Of a stretch of DNA of 64,000 nt, positions 13,681 to 26,358 are shown one piece after another. The stretch is from Eledone cirrhosa (taxonomy: Eukaryota). The position numbers and the translations under genes are program-made. Below the pieces are notes generated by a model that was not told where the DNA came from, made no database searches, and worked only from the letters and a program-made list of their open reading frames with translations. The stretch lies in contig OZ024753.1 in assembly GCA_964016885.1 (NCBI GenBank), positions 40,796,001-40,860,000 of the forward strand, given 5' to 3'. Position 1 is the first letter of the stretch, and every line of letters starts with the position of its first letter.

Positions 13681-14270
13681 TTCATCATCATCAAAATGGA
13701 CTCAACAATTGATCTCCACGTGGGTCTGTCGCTCATTGCCGTTGCCAAGTCCTGAATTTCAATACCAGAATCTCTGGAGATGACATCAGGATAGGAGAGC
13801 TTGCGCACCCTGTTATTAGTGAATGCTTGTAGTTTCCAAAGCACTAATGGGGACACAGCCTCACAGGTGGCATGATGGCAGTGGCCAGCACATTGGGATA
13901 GGAGAGCTTGCGCACCCTGTTATTAGTGACTGCTTGTGGTTTCCAAAGCCCTAATGGGGACACAGCCTCATAGGTGGCTCGGTGGTAGTGGCCAGCAAAT
14001 CTTACTCTTCTTTTACGTACAACGACTGATATGCGTGGGAGGCCAGCATATATCTCTCTCAAAGGCAGATGTCACCAGCTTATGTTCTGAATGCGTTGAA
14101 GCAGGGGAGTGTTTTTGTTGTTTGAATGAAAGCAGAATAGTTAGATCGATGGACAAACTGCTTCTTGCTATTGGGTTACAACTCTTTATCATCTTAGTTA
14201 ACGTTTCCTTTCATCTTTCTGAGTTCGATGAAGTAATTCTGAGCTCTAATATGTTTTAAGAAACTATAAC
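13681..14270 (-). mobile_element. RTE-like LINE 3' fragment with (GAT)n tail and internal duplication
   Basis: IYAGLPRISVVVRKRRVRFAGH..LATAMSDRPTWRSIV; about 100 bp duplicated (13790-13890 and 13897-13997). Confidence 0.82.
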
Positions 14271-14339
14271 ACTGCATTCCTCCCTAGCGTTATTATCAGA
14301 AAGCAAAAAGACTAGGACAGATATTGTGTGGCTTTATAG

Positions 14340-14539
14340 CAGTCATGTCGAACATCCCGCCCTTTACAAGCACACCTGCGGCCCACACAAAGGTTTTTAC
14401 AGTGCGAACATGTTTTTTCTTCGTAATAAAAAATGTTAAAAATTATTGTAATGTGTGCAATTAGCTGTCGTGTGTGACCCTCAGACAACACATATGTGAC
14501 CCACGTGGCCCTCGGGAGACCCTTAATTTGACATGCCTG
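14340..14539. mobile_element. hAT-type MITE
   Basis: Termini CAGTCATGTCGAA / TTTGACATGCCTG, subterminal GCGGCCC/GTGGCCC; right flank ATCTAGAC is a typical hAT target; TSD degraded. Confidence 0.65.
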
Positions 14540-15199
14540 ATCTAGACTATATTTTAACCTGTAATCCATATATATATATATATATATTATTTGTTTGTTA
14601 AAATGATTAAATTAAATTGATTCAACAGTTAAATAAACAGCGGAATAATAAGGTTGTTACCAAAGAGCCAGAAGATTGACAAGTCGACCCTAAATATGAC
14701 TAATAGGAAAGTCATGAACGACACCACATCTTTTTAACTTTGATTTTGAAAGTAGGTTTATAATAATTAATTTTCATTATACTTATGTAGCTGTCATGGC
14801 GGCCTAGATGGAGGAATCGTAGACGGTGGTGATCCTGGTCGGGAGTAGAGTTCCCGGTAAACTTTTCAATTTTTTTCTATGGGATGTAAAATAAAAACTG
14901 AATAAATTACATGCACCTCTTGACCAGGATTGAACCCAAGACCAGGTTCTCCACTGTCTCTAGTACCTACAGCTAGGCCACTGAGACGTGTACGAAAAAT
15001 CTATTGAAAATTCATACTTATAAACCTACTTTCAAAGTTTTCAATACAAAATGATGCGGTGTCGTTCATGTCTTTCTTAATGTTATTGCTCCTACTTAAG
15101 GTCGACTTCTAAATCACTTGGGTGCTCTACAAACTACATCCTTGTTTTGTTTCTCATCTATCTAGACTCTAGATAGATGAGATATAGTTGATTGCATTA

Positions 15200-15345
15200 A
15201 CTGAGTTCAAATCCCGCCAGATTAGCTTTGTGTTTCAACCTTACGGGCTCGATAAAATAAAGCACCAGTAATGAACTGGGGTCGATTTAATCGACTTTCC
15301 TCTAACCCCAAAATTGTTGGCCTTGTGCCTAAGGTAGAAACTATT
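15200..15345 (+). mobile_element. Meta-domain-type SINE, long variant
   Basis: Core plus GTCGATTTAATCGAC palindrome segment. Confidence 0.82.
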
Positions 15346-15966
15346 CCTTATATACCATATTTTACTTATTTAATGATATCGAAATGCTGAAAAAGAAAAT
15401 GTGATTAGATGGTATTCGAACTTAGAACCTTATTATAAGGAATGATTTGCTCCTGCGCGTAAATGCTACAAATAGCTTATAAAATAAGGTGAATATACTT
15501 AAAAGACGGAAAAAGAAGCTGCCATTGGCCGCTAGGAGAAATCAAATCCAATTCAGCACTTTGCAAGTGTCCTAGAGTTCGGCGACGTATACACGATGCC
15601 TAGAACTTTATATTTTACTGGAGCCAGTTACTAAACTCTGACAAAGTTTAAGCTGCGACTTATATGGTATAACCAATCAGTTACGTCGCTATAAATATTT
15701 TAAAAATGGGTAAAATAAAATTGGACAGGATTTGAATATCGATGTAAAGGGACAGGAATAATTAATCGAAGCTTTACCGGTGTCCTTTAGAAGTATTTAT
15801 TTATTTGTCTGTTATACAAACAGAACTGTCATGTACCTCTCACGCGAAAGTTCGCTCTCTAGATTGTGTTGTTTGTTATTGTTGCTATTTACGGAGAGAT
15901 AAAAAAACAAAAAAAACATGAAACAGTAGAAGGAGAGAGAGAAAGAGAGAAAGAGAGGGAGAGAGG

Positions 15967-16023
<57 letters not shown>

Positions 16024-16094
16024 AATTCGTGGAAAGCCGAGAGATTATGGCTTTCAGATTTCCCTGCTGTCGCTGATATTTCGTTTCACATTGA

Positions 16095-16675
16095 ATGTGA
16101 ACTGAGTGTGTATGTATATATACTGAGTGTGTATGTATGTGTACTGAGTGTGTATGTATGTATGTGTACTAAGTGTGTGTATATGTATGTGTACTGAGTG
16201 TGTATGTCTGTATATATGTTAACTGAGTGTATATGTATGTGTGTGTACTGAGTGTGTATGTCTGTATATGTACTGAGTGTGTATGTATGTGAGTATGTGT
16301 ACTGAGTGTGTATGTATGTATGTGTACTGAGTGTGTATGTATGTGAGTATGTGTACTGAGTGTGTATGTATGTATATGTACTGAGTGTGTATGTATGTGA
16401 GTATGTGTACTGAGTGTGTATGTATATGTACACTGAGTGTGTATGTATGTGAGTATGTGTACTGAGTGTGTATGTATGTATGTATACTGAGTGGGTATGT
16501 CTGTCTGTATGTATACTGAGTGTGTGTATATGTATGTGTACTGAGTGTGTATGTCTGTATGTATGTGAACTGAGTGTGTATGTATGTGTGTGTACTGAGT
16601 GTGTATGTCTGTATATATGTGAACTGAGTGTATATGTATGTGTGTGTACTGAGTGTGTATGTCTGTGAGTATGTG
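16095..16675. repeat. Minisatellite based on ACTGAGTGTGTATGTATGTGT
   Basis: Direct tandem reiteration, variable 21-33 bp units. Confidence 0.9.
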
Positions 16676-16768
16676 TGCTGGCATAAATGCTGCTGCTACT
16701 ACTACTTCCAATACTACTACTGCTACTACTACTACTACTACATTGAAGCGACAGATACAGACAAGCAG

Positions 16769-16814
<46 letters not shown>

Positions 16815-16893
16815 ACATATACATATATATATATATATATACATACATATACATATATATATACATATATATATCTACATATATATATAGAGA

Positions 16894-16992
16894 GAGGGGG
16901 GTTATTAAAAATGTATACACACTCATCAACAGCATTCTAATAAATATTGCCTGTACAGGTTTTCGAAGTGTGTATACACTTTTTGGGACACC

Positions 16993-16995
<3 letters not shown>
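16894..16995. mobile_element. Tc1/mariner-type MITE (~100 bp)
   Basis: Right end GTGTATACACTTTTTGGGACACCCTG-TA, inverted match AAAAATGTATACAC at left. Confidence 0.7.
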
Positions 16996-17062
<67 letters not shown>

Positions 17063-17094
17063 TATATATATATATATTACAATGTTTAATATAG

Positions 17095-17202
17095 AGATGA
17101 TTTCTACAGGGCGAAACAGTTCTAGTCCTGTAAAAACCATGTGAAATATTAATGTTTACACTCTACTTACTGTGGTTACCCCCGATTGAACCCGGGACTC
17201 AC
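17095..17202 (+). mobile_element. Hammerhead-associated family P2, diverged copy
   Basis: GATGA..GAAACAGTTCTAGTCCTGTA..TACTTACTGTGGTTACC.CCGATT.AACCCGG shared with 34552-34676 and 19333-19460. Confidence 0.7.
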
Positions 17203-17235
17203 ATATATGTATATATATATGTGTGTGTGTGTGTG

Positions 17236-17275
<40 letters not shown>

Positions 17276-17651
17276 GTGTGTGTGTGTAGATACAAACCTA
17301 TACGCACCACATACCCACATATACAGTATAAGTAATTATATATATATTTAGTGTGTGAGTGCGTGTGTGTTTGTATGTGATTGTGTGTATGTGTTTGTGT
17401 TTTTCTCTGTGTGTGTGTGTGTGTGCGCGTGAGAGAGCGTGAGTGAGTGTGTGTGTTTGTGTGTGTGTAAGCGTGTGTGTGTTTATATATGAGTGAGAGA
17501 CTATATGTTTTGTGCATTCCAGATACGCTGTAGAAATACCCATGTCAGAATATAAATACATAACTTGATTAGCAAGTCCGAAGGAAGGGAGATAATTATG
17601 TATCGCTGCCTGTGTCAGGATAAACACTGCTGGAGATTATTGAAGAATCCA

Positions 17652-18362
17652 TATACACATACACTCACACACACTCACGCACACTCACGCACACTCATGC
17701 ACGCAATCACGTGTACACATACACTCACACACACTCACGCACACTCACGCACGCAATCACATGTACACATACACTCACACACACTCACGCACACTCACGC
17801 ACACTCATGCACGCAATCACGTGTACACATACACTCACACACACTCACGCACACTCACGCACGCAATCACATGTACACATACACTCACACACACTCACGC
17901 ACACTCATGCACGCAATCACATGTACACATACACTCACACACACTCACGCACACTCATGCACGCAATCACATGTACACATACACTCACACATACTCACGC
18001 ACACTCACGCACACTCATGCACGCAATCACATGTACACATACACTCACACACACTCACGCACACTCACGCACGCAATCACATGTACACATACACTCACAC
18101 ACACTCACGCACACTCACGCACACTCATGCACGCAATCACATGTACACATACACTCACACACACTCACGCACACTCACGCACGCAATCACATATACACAT
18201 ACACTCACACACACTCACGCACACTCACGCACACTCATGCACGCAATCACATGTACACATACACTCACACACACTCACGCACACTCATGCACGCAATCAC
18301 ATGTACACATACACTCACACACACTCACGCACACTCATGCACGCAATCACATATACACATAC
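17652..18362. repeat. Minisatellite of 50/60-bp units built from 10-mers
   Basis: ACACTCACGC/ACACTCATGC/ACGCAATCAC/ATGTACACAT modules in register. Confidence 0.92.
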
Positions 18363-18554
18363 ACACGAACACCTACACACATATACACAATATTGCAGAT
18401 TCCTACATACATAGGTGTATATATGTATACATACACATATATAGGTGTATATATGTATACATACATATAAAAATACCTTAGGCACATAAATAATTTCTAG
18501 TTGTTAGGATTATATGCAATGAACTTATAGTATACATATATGTATGTATCTATG

Positions 18555-18644
<90 letters not shown>

Positions 18645-18680
18645 ATTAACAAATGGAAACTATATTTATAAAACCATATT

Positions 18681-18745
18681 TATTTCATTATACATATTTC
18701 AAGGACACCAAGTTAAATTATGGTGTGCTTTCATCAGATAAAATA
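18681..18745 (-). ncRNA. Minimal type I hammerhead ribozyme (family P3, inverted copy)
   Basis: Reverse complement of 18846-18910. Confidence 0.78.
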
Positions 18746-18845
18746 TAATATAGATCAGTTTTATAAATAAATATTGACATACCCTTAAAGAATGCAACCA
18801 TTACTGTTGGAAGCTCCCGGATATTTATAAAACTGATCTATATTA

Positions 18846-18910
18846 TATTTTATCTGATGAAAGCACACCATAATTTAACTTGGTGTCCTTGAAATATGTA
18901 TAATGAAATA
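18846..18910 (+). ncRNA. Minimal type I hammerhead ribozyme (family P3)
   Basis: TATTTTAT-CTGATGA-AAGCACACCA..TGGTGTCCTT-GAAA-TATGTA-TA-ATGAAATA; 8-bp stem I. Confidence 0.8.
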
Positions 18911-19088
18911 AATATGGTTTTATAAATAAAGTTTCCATTTGTTAATATCGTATTTTTACTCCAATTATTTGTTGTGTGCTTTATATCAGTTATAAAAATA
19001 TTTGCTTGTTGTATCCCAACAATTTAAATAGAACTTTTACATATATATATATATATATATGTATGTATATATATGTATATATATATAT

Positions 19089-19134
<46 letters not shown>

Positions 19135-19135
19135 G

Positions 19136-19262
<127 letters not shown>

Positions 19263-19290
19263 AAATAACAGTCTTCAATTTTATTATTAT

Positions 19291-19332
<42 letters not shown>

Positions 19333-19334
<2 letters not shown>

Positions 19335-19459
19335 GTTATTCCGGGTTGAATCGGAGGTAACCACAGTAAGTAAGGTACTCAATACATAGCAGAGTATAAA
19401 AGTTTTAATATAGATGAGATTCTACAGGACTAGAACTGTTTCATTCTTTAGAAATCATC

Positions 19460-19460
<1 letters not shown>
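19333..19460 (-). mobile_element. Hammerhead-associated family P2 copy
   Basis: Reverse complement of 34553-34673, truncated at TGATGA next to (TA)n. Confidence 0.78.
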
Positions 19461-19502
<42 letters not shown>

Positions 19503-19506
<4 letters not shown>

Positions 19507-19935
19507 TGATGAGCAGAACAAACAAACATTAATTAATCCTTTAAATAAATTAAAAAATGATTTAAATATCTACCTGTTCATAATGTTATTACCGGCGGTT
19601 TCCATTTACAAAAGATTAGAAATTCAGAGAATTTCCAACGGAAAGTAAATTTCATCAGATAGCTATTTCCTTTCTATAGGACATACGTCCCACGGTCTGC
19701 AAATATAATGCCAACTACCAGCTCGTATGAGTTATGGCCGTTAAAGTGACTCCCACGTGAACCGGCCGCTAGTGAAAGCGGGAATATTACAGACTTGTTG
19801 ACAGGTAGATATTTAAATCATTTTTTAATTTATTTAAACGATTGTTTAATGTTTGTTTGTTCTGCTCATCAATTTTTATAGTTCTGGTATCTCGAATTAG
19901 TACCATAGAACAACAATTATATTATAGACACCCTA
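19503..19935. mobile_element. Inverted-repeat (MITE-like) element
   Basis: About 75-bp inverted arms at 19503-19577 and 19801-19875; Tc1-like GACACCCT end near 19934; left end lost in (TA)n. Confidence 0.6.
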
Positions 19936-20031
19936 TATATCTCTATGGGTACTTAGTACTCAGTGAGATATTCACCTCATTTTTATATATATATATATAT
20001 ATATATAAATATATACACACACACATATATT

Positions 20032-20103
<72 letters not shown>

Positions 20104-20105
<2 letters not shown>

Positions 20106-20266
20106 ACAAAGAGCGTGTGGTAAGATGCCAGGTGGACCATAACGCACCAGTGTACTCGATACTTCCAGTAGTACAGTCGGAAATAGGAAAAGAGTCAGGA
20201 CCCCGACGGCTGAGCTCCGGCCGTCTCGACAGCTAGATCCGAACAGTTCAGCTCTAGCTGTCGAGA
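20104..20266 (-). mobile_element. P1 family, diverged subfamily
   Basis: Same 3' body; hairpin GACAGCTAGA..TCTAGCTGTC shows paired changes relative to 500-546. Confidence 0.75.
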
Positions 20267-20479
20267 TGTCATGCTAGCCAATTTCACACACACACAAGCA
20301 CAATCGCACGCCCAGTCGCACACACATGTTCTCATATATACACACATAAAAACACTCACTCAACCACACACCAAATCACTCTTAATTTGAAGGCTGTTGT
20401 TCATGTTTACTACGAGCGTGTTATACACACGGATATGCCTGTGTATGCATCCATATATGTGTGTTATACACAAGTACAT

Positions 20480-21660
20480 GCATGTGTATGTATTCATACA
20501 TGCGTGTTGTACACATGACATGCATATGTATGTATCCATACACGCGTTTATACACAGGTACATCTGTGTGTATTTATCCATACACGCGTGTTATACACAA
20601 GGACATGCATGTGTATTTATCTATACACGCGTGTTATACACAGGGACATGTCTGAGTATTTATCTATACACAGGGACATGTCTGTGTATTTATCTATACA
20701 CGCGTGTTATACACAAGGACATGCATGTGTATTTATCTATACACACGTGTTATACACAGGGACATGTCTGAGTATTTATCTATACACAGGGACATGTCTG
20801 TGTATTTATCTATACACGCGTGTTATACACAAGGACATGCATGTGTATTTATCTATACACACGTGTTATACACAGGGACATGTCTGAGTATTTATCTATA
20901 CACAGGGACATGTCTGTGTATTTATCTATACACGCGTGTTATACACAAGGACATGCATGTGTATTTATCTATACATGCGTGTTATACACAGGGTCATGTC
21001 TGAGTATTTATCTATACACAGGGACATGTCTGTGTATTTATCTATACACGCGTGTTATACACAAGGACATGCATGTGTATTTATCTATACACACGTGTTA
21101 TACACAGGGACATGTCTGAGTATTTATCTATACACAGGGACATGTCTGTGTATTTATCTATACACGCGTGTTATACACAAGGACATGCATGTGTATTTAT
21201 CTATACACACGTGTTATACACAGGGACATGTCTGAGTATTTATCTATACACAGGGACATGTCTGTGTATTTATCTATACACGCGTGTTATACACAAGGAC
21301 ATGCATGTGTATTTATCTATACACGCGTGTTATACACAGGGACATGTCTGAGTATTTATCTATACACAGGGACATCTGTGTATTTATCTATACACGCGTG
21401 TTATACACAAGGACATGCATGTGTATTTATCTATACACACGTGTTATACACAGGGACATGTCTGAGTATTTATCTATACACAGGGACATGTCTGTGTATT
21501 TATCTATACACGCGTGTTATACACAAGGACATGCATGTGTATTTATCTATACACACGTGTTATACACAGGGACATGTCTGAGTATTTATCTATACACAGG
21601 GACATGTCTGTGTATTTATCTATACACGCGTGTTATACACAAGGACATGCATGTGTATGT
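20480..21660. repeat. 116-bp higher-order minisatellite (43+43+30 bp)
   Basis: Period 116 visible in the sequence and in ORF offsets 20588, 20704, 20820... Confidence 0.95.
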
Positions 21661-22079
21661 GTTCATATGCGCGTGTTCGGTTGTCATCTTTGAAATATGT
21701 TCCTCTCTCTTGGAAATAAAAAGACTAAATTAATCTATATATATATAATCTATAAACAGCCTCTTTATCAACCACCTGGCCTGTTGATGGTCAGATAGTA
21801 GACGGGATTGTCTGTTTCACTGGTTACACTCGCTGCCCGTCAATCAGACAGCTTAACAAGCTAAACTAATTGACCAGCTGGAAAAGTTATGCTTCAATCT
21901 TAATCCTCCAATTAATCCATCAAGTTTGTCAGAAAATGATGCTGTTGCTGGTTTGTTATGTTTAGATTTTAAACACGTTGATTTTCGTTCACTAATTTTT
22001 TGGATAATCTCAGTTGAACGAAGGTTTTTAGCTTACTATATTAAACATGAGTCCTAGCTTAGTATTTAATATGCAGTAG

Positions 22080-22592
22080 GGTGGTGGATTAGCAATATAG
22101 GTAGAGCATCTAACAATATGCTTTGCGGCATACAAATACATCCCTATATCACTGTGAAATATCAATAGCTGCTTGGTTGCTAATAACTTGCTCTGGACTT
22201 CTACTTGTTTTATGTCAATGTTTTACAAAATAAGTAGCAGTTAAGTACCAAACATGATAGAATCGACTATACACTTCAAGCCCTGTGCTTTGTCAGTTTA
22301 AATCCTGTCACAGTCAGCTTTGCCTTTCATCCTTACGAGGTCGATAAATTAAAGTACCAGCAATGAACTGGGTAAAATTTATTAGACGTTCCCCTGCACC
22401 AAAATTGTTGACCCGGTGCCTAAATCAGAAACCATTATTTATTATGATCTGAGTTCAAATCCCACCAAGGTTAACTTTGCCTTTCATCCTTACGGGGTCA
22501 ATACAATAAAGTACCAGTCATGCACTTGGGTCGGTTTAATCGATTTTCCCCTCCCTCAAAATTGCTGGCCTTGTGCCTATATAAGAAACCAA
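22080..22592 (+). mobile_element. Tandem decayed Meta-domain-type SINEs
   Basis: Head at about 22080; cores at about 22320 and 22480. Confidence 0.78.
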
Positions 22593-22806
22593 TATTTAGT
22601 ATACAGAAAGCTCCACTGTGTTGTTTTACCTTAGTTATATTGATAATGTTCAATATGACTAAGGTATCACTTAGTTATATAATATTGGTATCACTTCTTT
22701 TTTTTTGTATATTTACTAGTATTGATCTCCCTTCCTCTTGTTAACTCAGTAGAATGAGTTTTGCCACTTTGGTTTAAAGACTACACTCGCTTCAATCTAC
22801 ACTGTT

Positions 22807-23310
22807 TGGTATGGTATGGTATGGTATGGTATGTTATGGCATAGTGTGGTATGGTATGGTATGGTATAGTGTGGTATGGTATGGTATGGTATAGTGTGGT
22901 ATGGTATGGTATGGTATGGTATAGTGTGGTTTCATGTGGTATGGTATGGTATGGTATGGTATGGTATGGCATGATATAGTATGATATGGTATGGTGTGGC
23001 ATGATATGGTATGACATGATATGGTATGGTATGGTATGATATGGTATGGTATGGTATAATGTGGTATAATGTGGTATGGTATGGTATGGTATGGTATGGT
23101 ATGGTATGGCATGATATGGTATAATGTGGTATGGTATGGCATGATATGGTATGATATGGTATAATGTGGTATGGTATGGCATGATATGGTATGGTATGGT
23201 ATGGCATGATATGGTATGGTATGGCATGATATGGTATAATGTGGTATGGTATGTCATGATATGGTATGATATGGTATAATGTGGTATGGTATGGCATGAT
23301 ATGGTATGAT
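22807..23310. repeat. (ATGGT)n pentamer satellite
   Basis: Direct reading with ATGAT/ATGGC/GTGGT variants. Confidence 0.95.
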
Positions 23311-23499
23311 AAGGTAATCACAGTTGTTTCTGCAACCTATCAACTTGTATGATTTATGATAATAACAAAACATTATATTTTGCAAATAACTCAGTAATCC
23401 TTAACGCAAAATTCTCCTTTGATTAAACCAAATAAAAGAAAATAGATGTGCGCGTGTCTGCGTTTAGGTGTCACACACATAATTGTGTACGAAGATATG

Positions 23500-23553
<54 letters not shown>

Positions 23554-23573
23554 ATATATATGTGTGTGTGTGT

Positions 23574-23836
23574 AAGGTGTGTGATTTATGGTTAGGGTAT
23601 TCGGCACATGATCGTAAGGTCGTGAGTTCGATTCACGTTGTTCCAGTCCACTTAGCTGACAAAAACCTGTAATTCAATGGGGCAGCCTTGTCATGTTCTG
23701 TGTCACACTGAATCTTCTTGAGAACTACTTTAAAGGTATACGTGTTTGTGGAATGCTCAGCCACTTGCACATTAATTTCACGAACAGCTTGTTCTGTTAT
23801 CAACAGAATACTCATCTTAACCGATCGAGTGCCACT
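23574..23836 (+). mobile_element. tRNA-derived SINE (second family), internally deleted
   Basis: TGGTTAGGGT A box, GAGTTCGATTC B box, body GCCACTTGCACATTAATTTCACG. Confidence 0.7.
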
Positions 23837-23851
23837 ATATATATATGTATG

Positions 23852-23883
<32 letters not shown>

Positions 23884-23895
23884 CACATACATATG

Positions 23896-23934
<39 letters not shown>

Positions 23935-24019
23935 TATAATAAAAGATTTATTATAATAAAATATTAAAGTTAAGGGTGAAAGCAGCGATTCTTTGCTTAA
24001 ACTTTAATATGTTATTTTA

Positions 24020-24084
<65 letters not shown>

Positions 24085-24184
24085 ATATTAACAAATGGAA
24101 ACTATATTTATAAAACCATATACTTTATATCAGTTATAAAAATATTTGCTTGTTGTATCCCAACAATTTAAATAGAACTTCTAC

Positions 24185-24218
<34 letters not shown>

Positions 24219-24220
<2 letters not shown>

Positions 24221-24389
24221 CGAAGGAAATGTGGTAAGGAACCAGGTGGACCATAACGCACCAAAGTACTCAATACTTGGGGTAGTAGAGTGGGTAATAG
24301 GAACCAGTAAGACCCCGACGGCTGAGCTCAAGCCGTTTCGAATTAGCCGTCGAAACGGCTTGAGCTCAGCCGTCGGGGTCTTACTGGTT

Positions 24390-24392
<3 letters not shown>
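24219..24392 (-). mobile_element. P1 family copy with inverted 5' segment
   Basis: Palindromic arrangement centred near 24340; flanked by (TA)n. Confidence 0.8.
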
Positions 24393-24423
<31 letters not shown>

Positions 24424-24424
<1 letters not shown>

Positions 24425-24609
24425 AATTGTTTCTACTTTTGGCACAAGACCAGCAAATGCCCAGTCTATTACTGGTACTTTATTTTATCGACCCATTAAG
24501 GATGAAAGGCAAAGTTAACCTCGGCGGGATTTGAACTCAGAATGGCAAGGGCCGTAACTCTATGCGTCAAAGCATGGCGTCCGACCCTCTACCGATACTG
24601 CCAATCCAC
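24424..24609 (-). mobile_element. Meta-domain-type SINE
   Basis: Full reverse-complement match to the family. Confidence 0.9.
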
Positions 24610-24856
24610 ATATATACATACATACATATATACGCATTCACATATGCAGGTGTGCTATTTATATATTTAATATATGCATAGAAGTATCCTCTGCACCTGT
24701 GAGCGATTCTCCACGAGTATATGGTTGTACGTACAGTGGCGGCCGCATACGTACATGCATGCGGTGTGTTACGTGAGCTTACGTGAATCGACGGACGGGG
24801 GACATATACGTACAAATGCATGTCATTCGTGGCCGTTTGCACGTGTCTGTGGGCCC

Positions 24857-24895
<39 letters not shown>

Positions 24896-24903
24896 TTTCT
24901 CTA

Positions 24904-24972
<69 letters not shown>

Positions 24973-25264
24973 CTCTCTGTATGTATGTACCCTTACACGC
25001 CGGTACAGGAGGATCACGTGTGCACGTGTTTCATTTATGTCATTGTTTTGTTGTTTGCGTGTGTTCCGATGTCTCCCGACTACGATGGAGGTAGGAGGTA
25101 GGAGGTAGAGGGAAGAGGGAAAGAGAAGCAGAGAGAGTTAGTAAAGTAGAAGAGGAGGACGGTGAGGCAAAGAATAAGAAAAATAAGGAGCTGGGCGATG
25201 AGGAGAGGGTGGAGGAAAAGTGAGGAAAGGGAAGTAGACAGGAGCAAGAGATGACAACAGCAAG

Positions 25265-25379
25265 AGTAGTAGTAGTAGTAGTAGTATTTGTAGTAGTAGT
25301 AGTAGTAGTGGTGGTGGTGGTGATAGTAGTAGTAGTAGTATTTGTAGTAGTAGTAGTAGTAGTGGTGGTGGTGGTGATG

Positions 25380-25410
<31 letters not shown>

Positions 25411-25457
25411 CAATAGTAGTATTTGTAGTAGTAGTAGTAGTGGTGGTGGTGGTGATG

Positions 25458-25491
<34 letters not shown>

Positions 25492-25538
25492 CAATAGTAG
25501 TATTTGTAGTAGTAGTAGTAGTGGTGGTGGTGGTGATG

Positions 25539-25601
<63 letters not shown>

Positions 25602-25647
25602 ATAGTAGTATTTGTAGTAGTAGTAGTAGTGGTGGTGGTGATGATAA

Positions 25648-25686
<39 letters not shown>

Positions 25687-25723
25687 GAGCAGCAGCAGTA
25701 GCAATTAACATTATGAACATTAC

Positions 25724-25811
<88 letters not shown>
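25265..25811. repeat. Compound (TAG)n/(TGG)n, (CAT)n and (CAG)n microsatellite
   Basis: Direct reading. Confidence 0.95.
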
Positions 25812-25813
<2 letters not shown>

Positions 25814-25905
25814 TGTCTTCATCGCCGACGCCACCATCACCTGACTGTCTTGACTTATTTAGAAGATTTCTCTAGAACTCTACACGGCTGCTTTGTGTTT
25901 AGAGA

Positions 25906-26029
25906 TTTACGTTCTGAGTTCAAATCCCGCCGAGGTTAACTTTGCCTTTCATCCTTTCGGGGTCGATAAAATAAAGTACCAGTAATGTACTGGGTATTTG
26001 CTGGCCTTGTGCCAAAAGTAGACACAATT
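25906..26029 (+). mobile_element. Meta-domain-type SINE, 5'-truncated
   Basis: B box, core and 3' end. Confidence 0.88.
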
Positions 26030-26169
26030 GTGATTGTTTTTGTTATTGTTATTGTTATTGTTATTTTTGTTGTCGTTGTAGTCGTTGTTGATGTTGTTAT
26101 GATAATCAGGATGATAATGAAGATGTTATTGGTGTTGATTATGGTTATGATGATGATGATAATGATATC

Positions 26170-26358
26170 AATTGTTTCTACTTTTGGCACAAGGCCAGCA
26201 ATTAAGCAGTACATTACTGGTACTTTATTTTATCGACCCCCCGGTAAGGATGAAAGGCAAAGTTAACTTCGACGGGATTTGAACTCAGACCGTAAAGGGA
26301 CGTAGATATGCTAGAAAGCATGGCGTCCGACCCTTCTAACGATACTGCCAATTCACCG
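26170..26358 (-). mobile_element. Meta-domain-type SINE
   Basis: Reverse-complement match to the family. Confidence 0.88.

Noticed and set aside
17565-18481. His-rich 301-aa ORF
   Set aside because: Minisatellite open in all three frames
19615-19665. Minus-strand CTGATGA..GAAA inside the MITE-like element
   Set aside because: No convincing stem II or stem I
20480-21660. CRISPR-like regular array
   Set aside because: No unique spacers, no cas genes, eukaryotic context
25040-25844. 266-aa mucin-like poly-Thr ORF and poly-Val ORF
   Set aside because: Pure trinucleotide microsatellites, open in several frames on both strands
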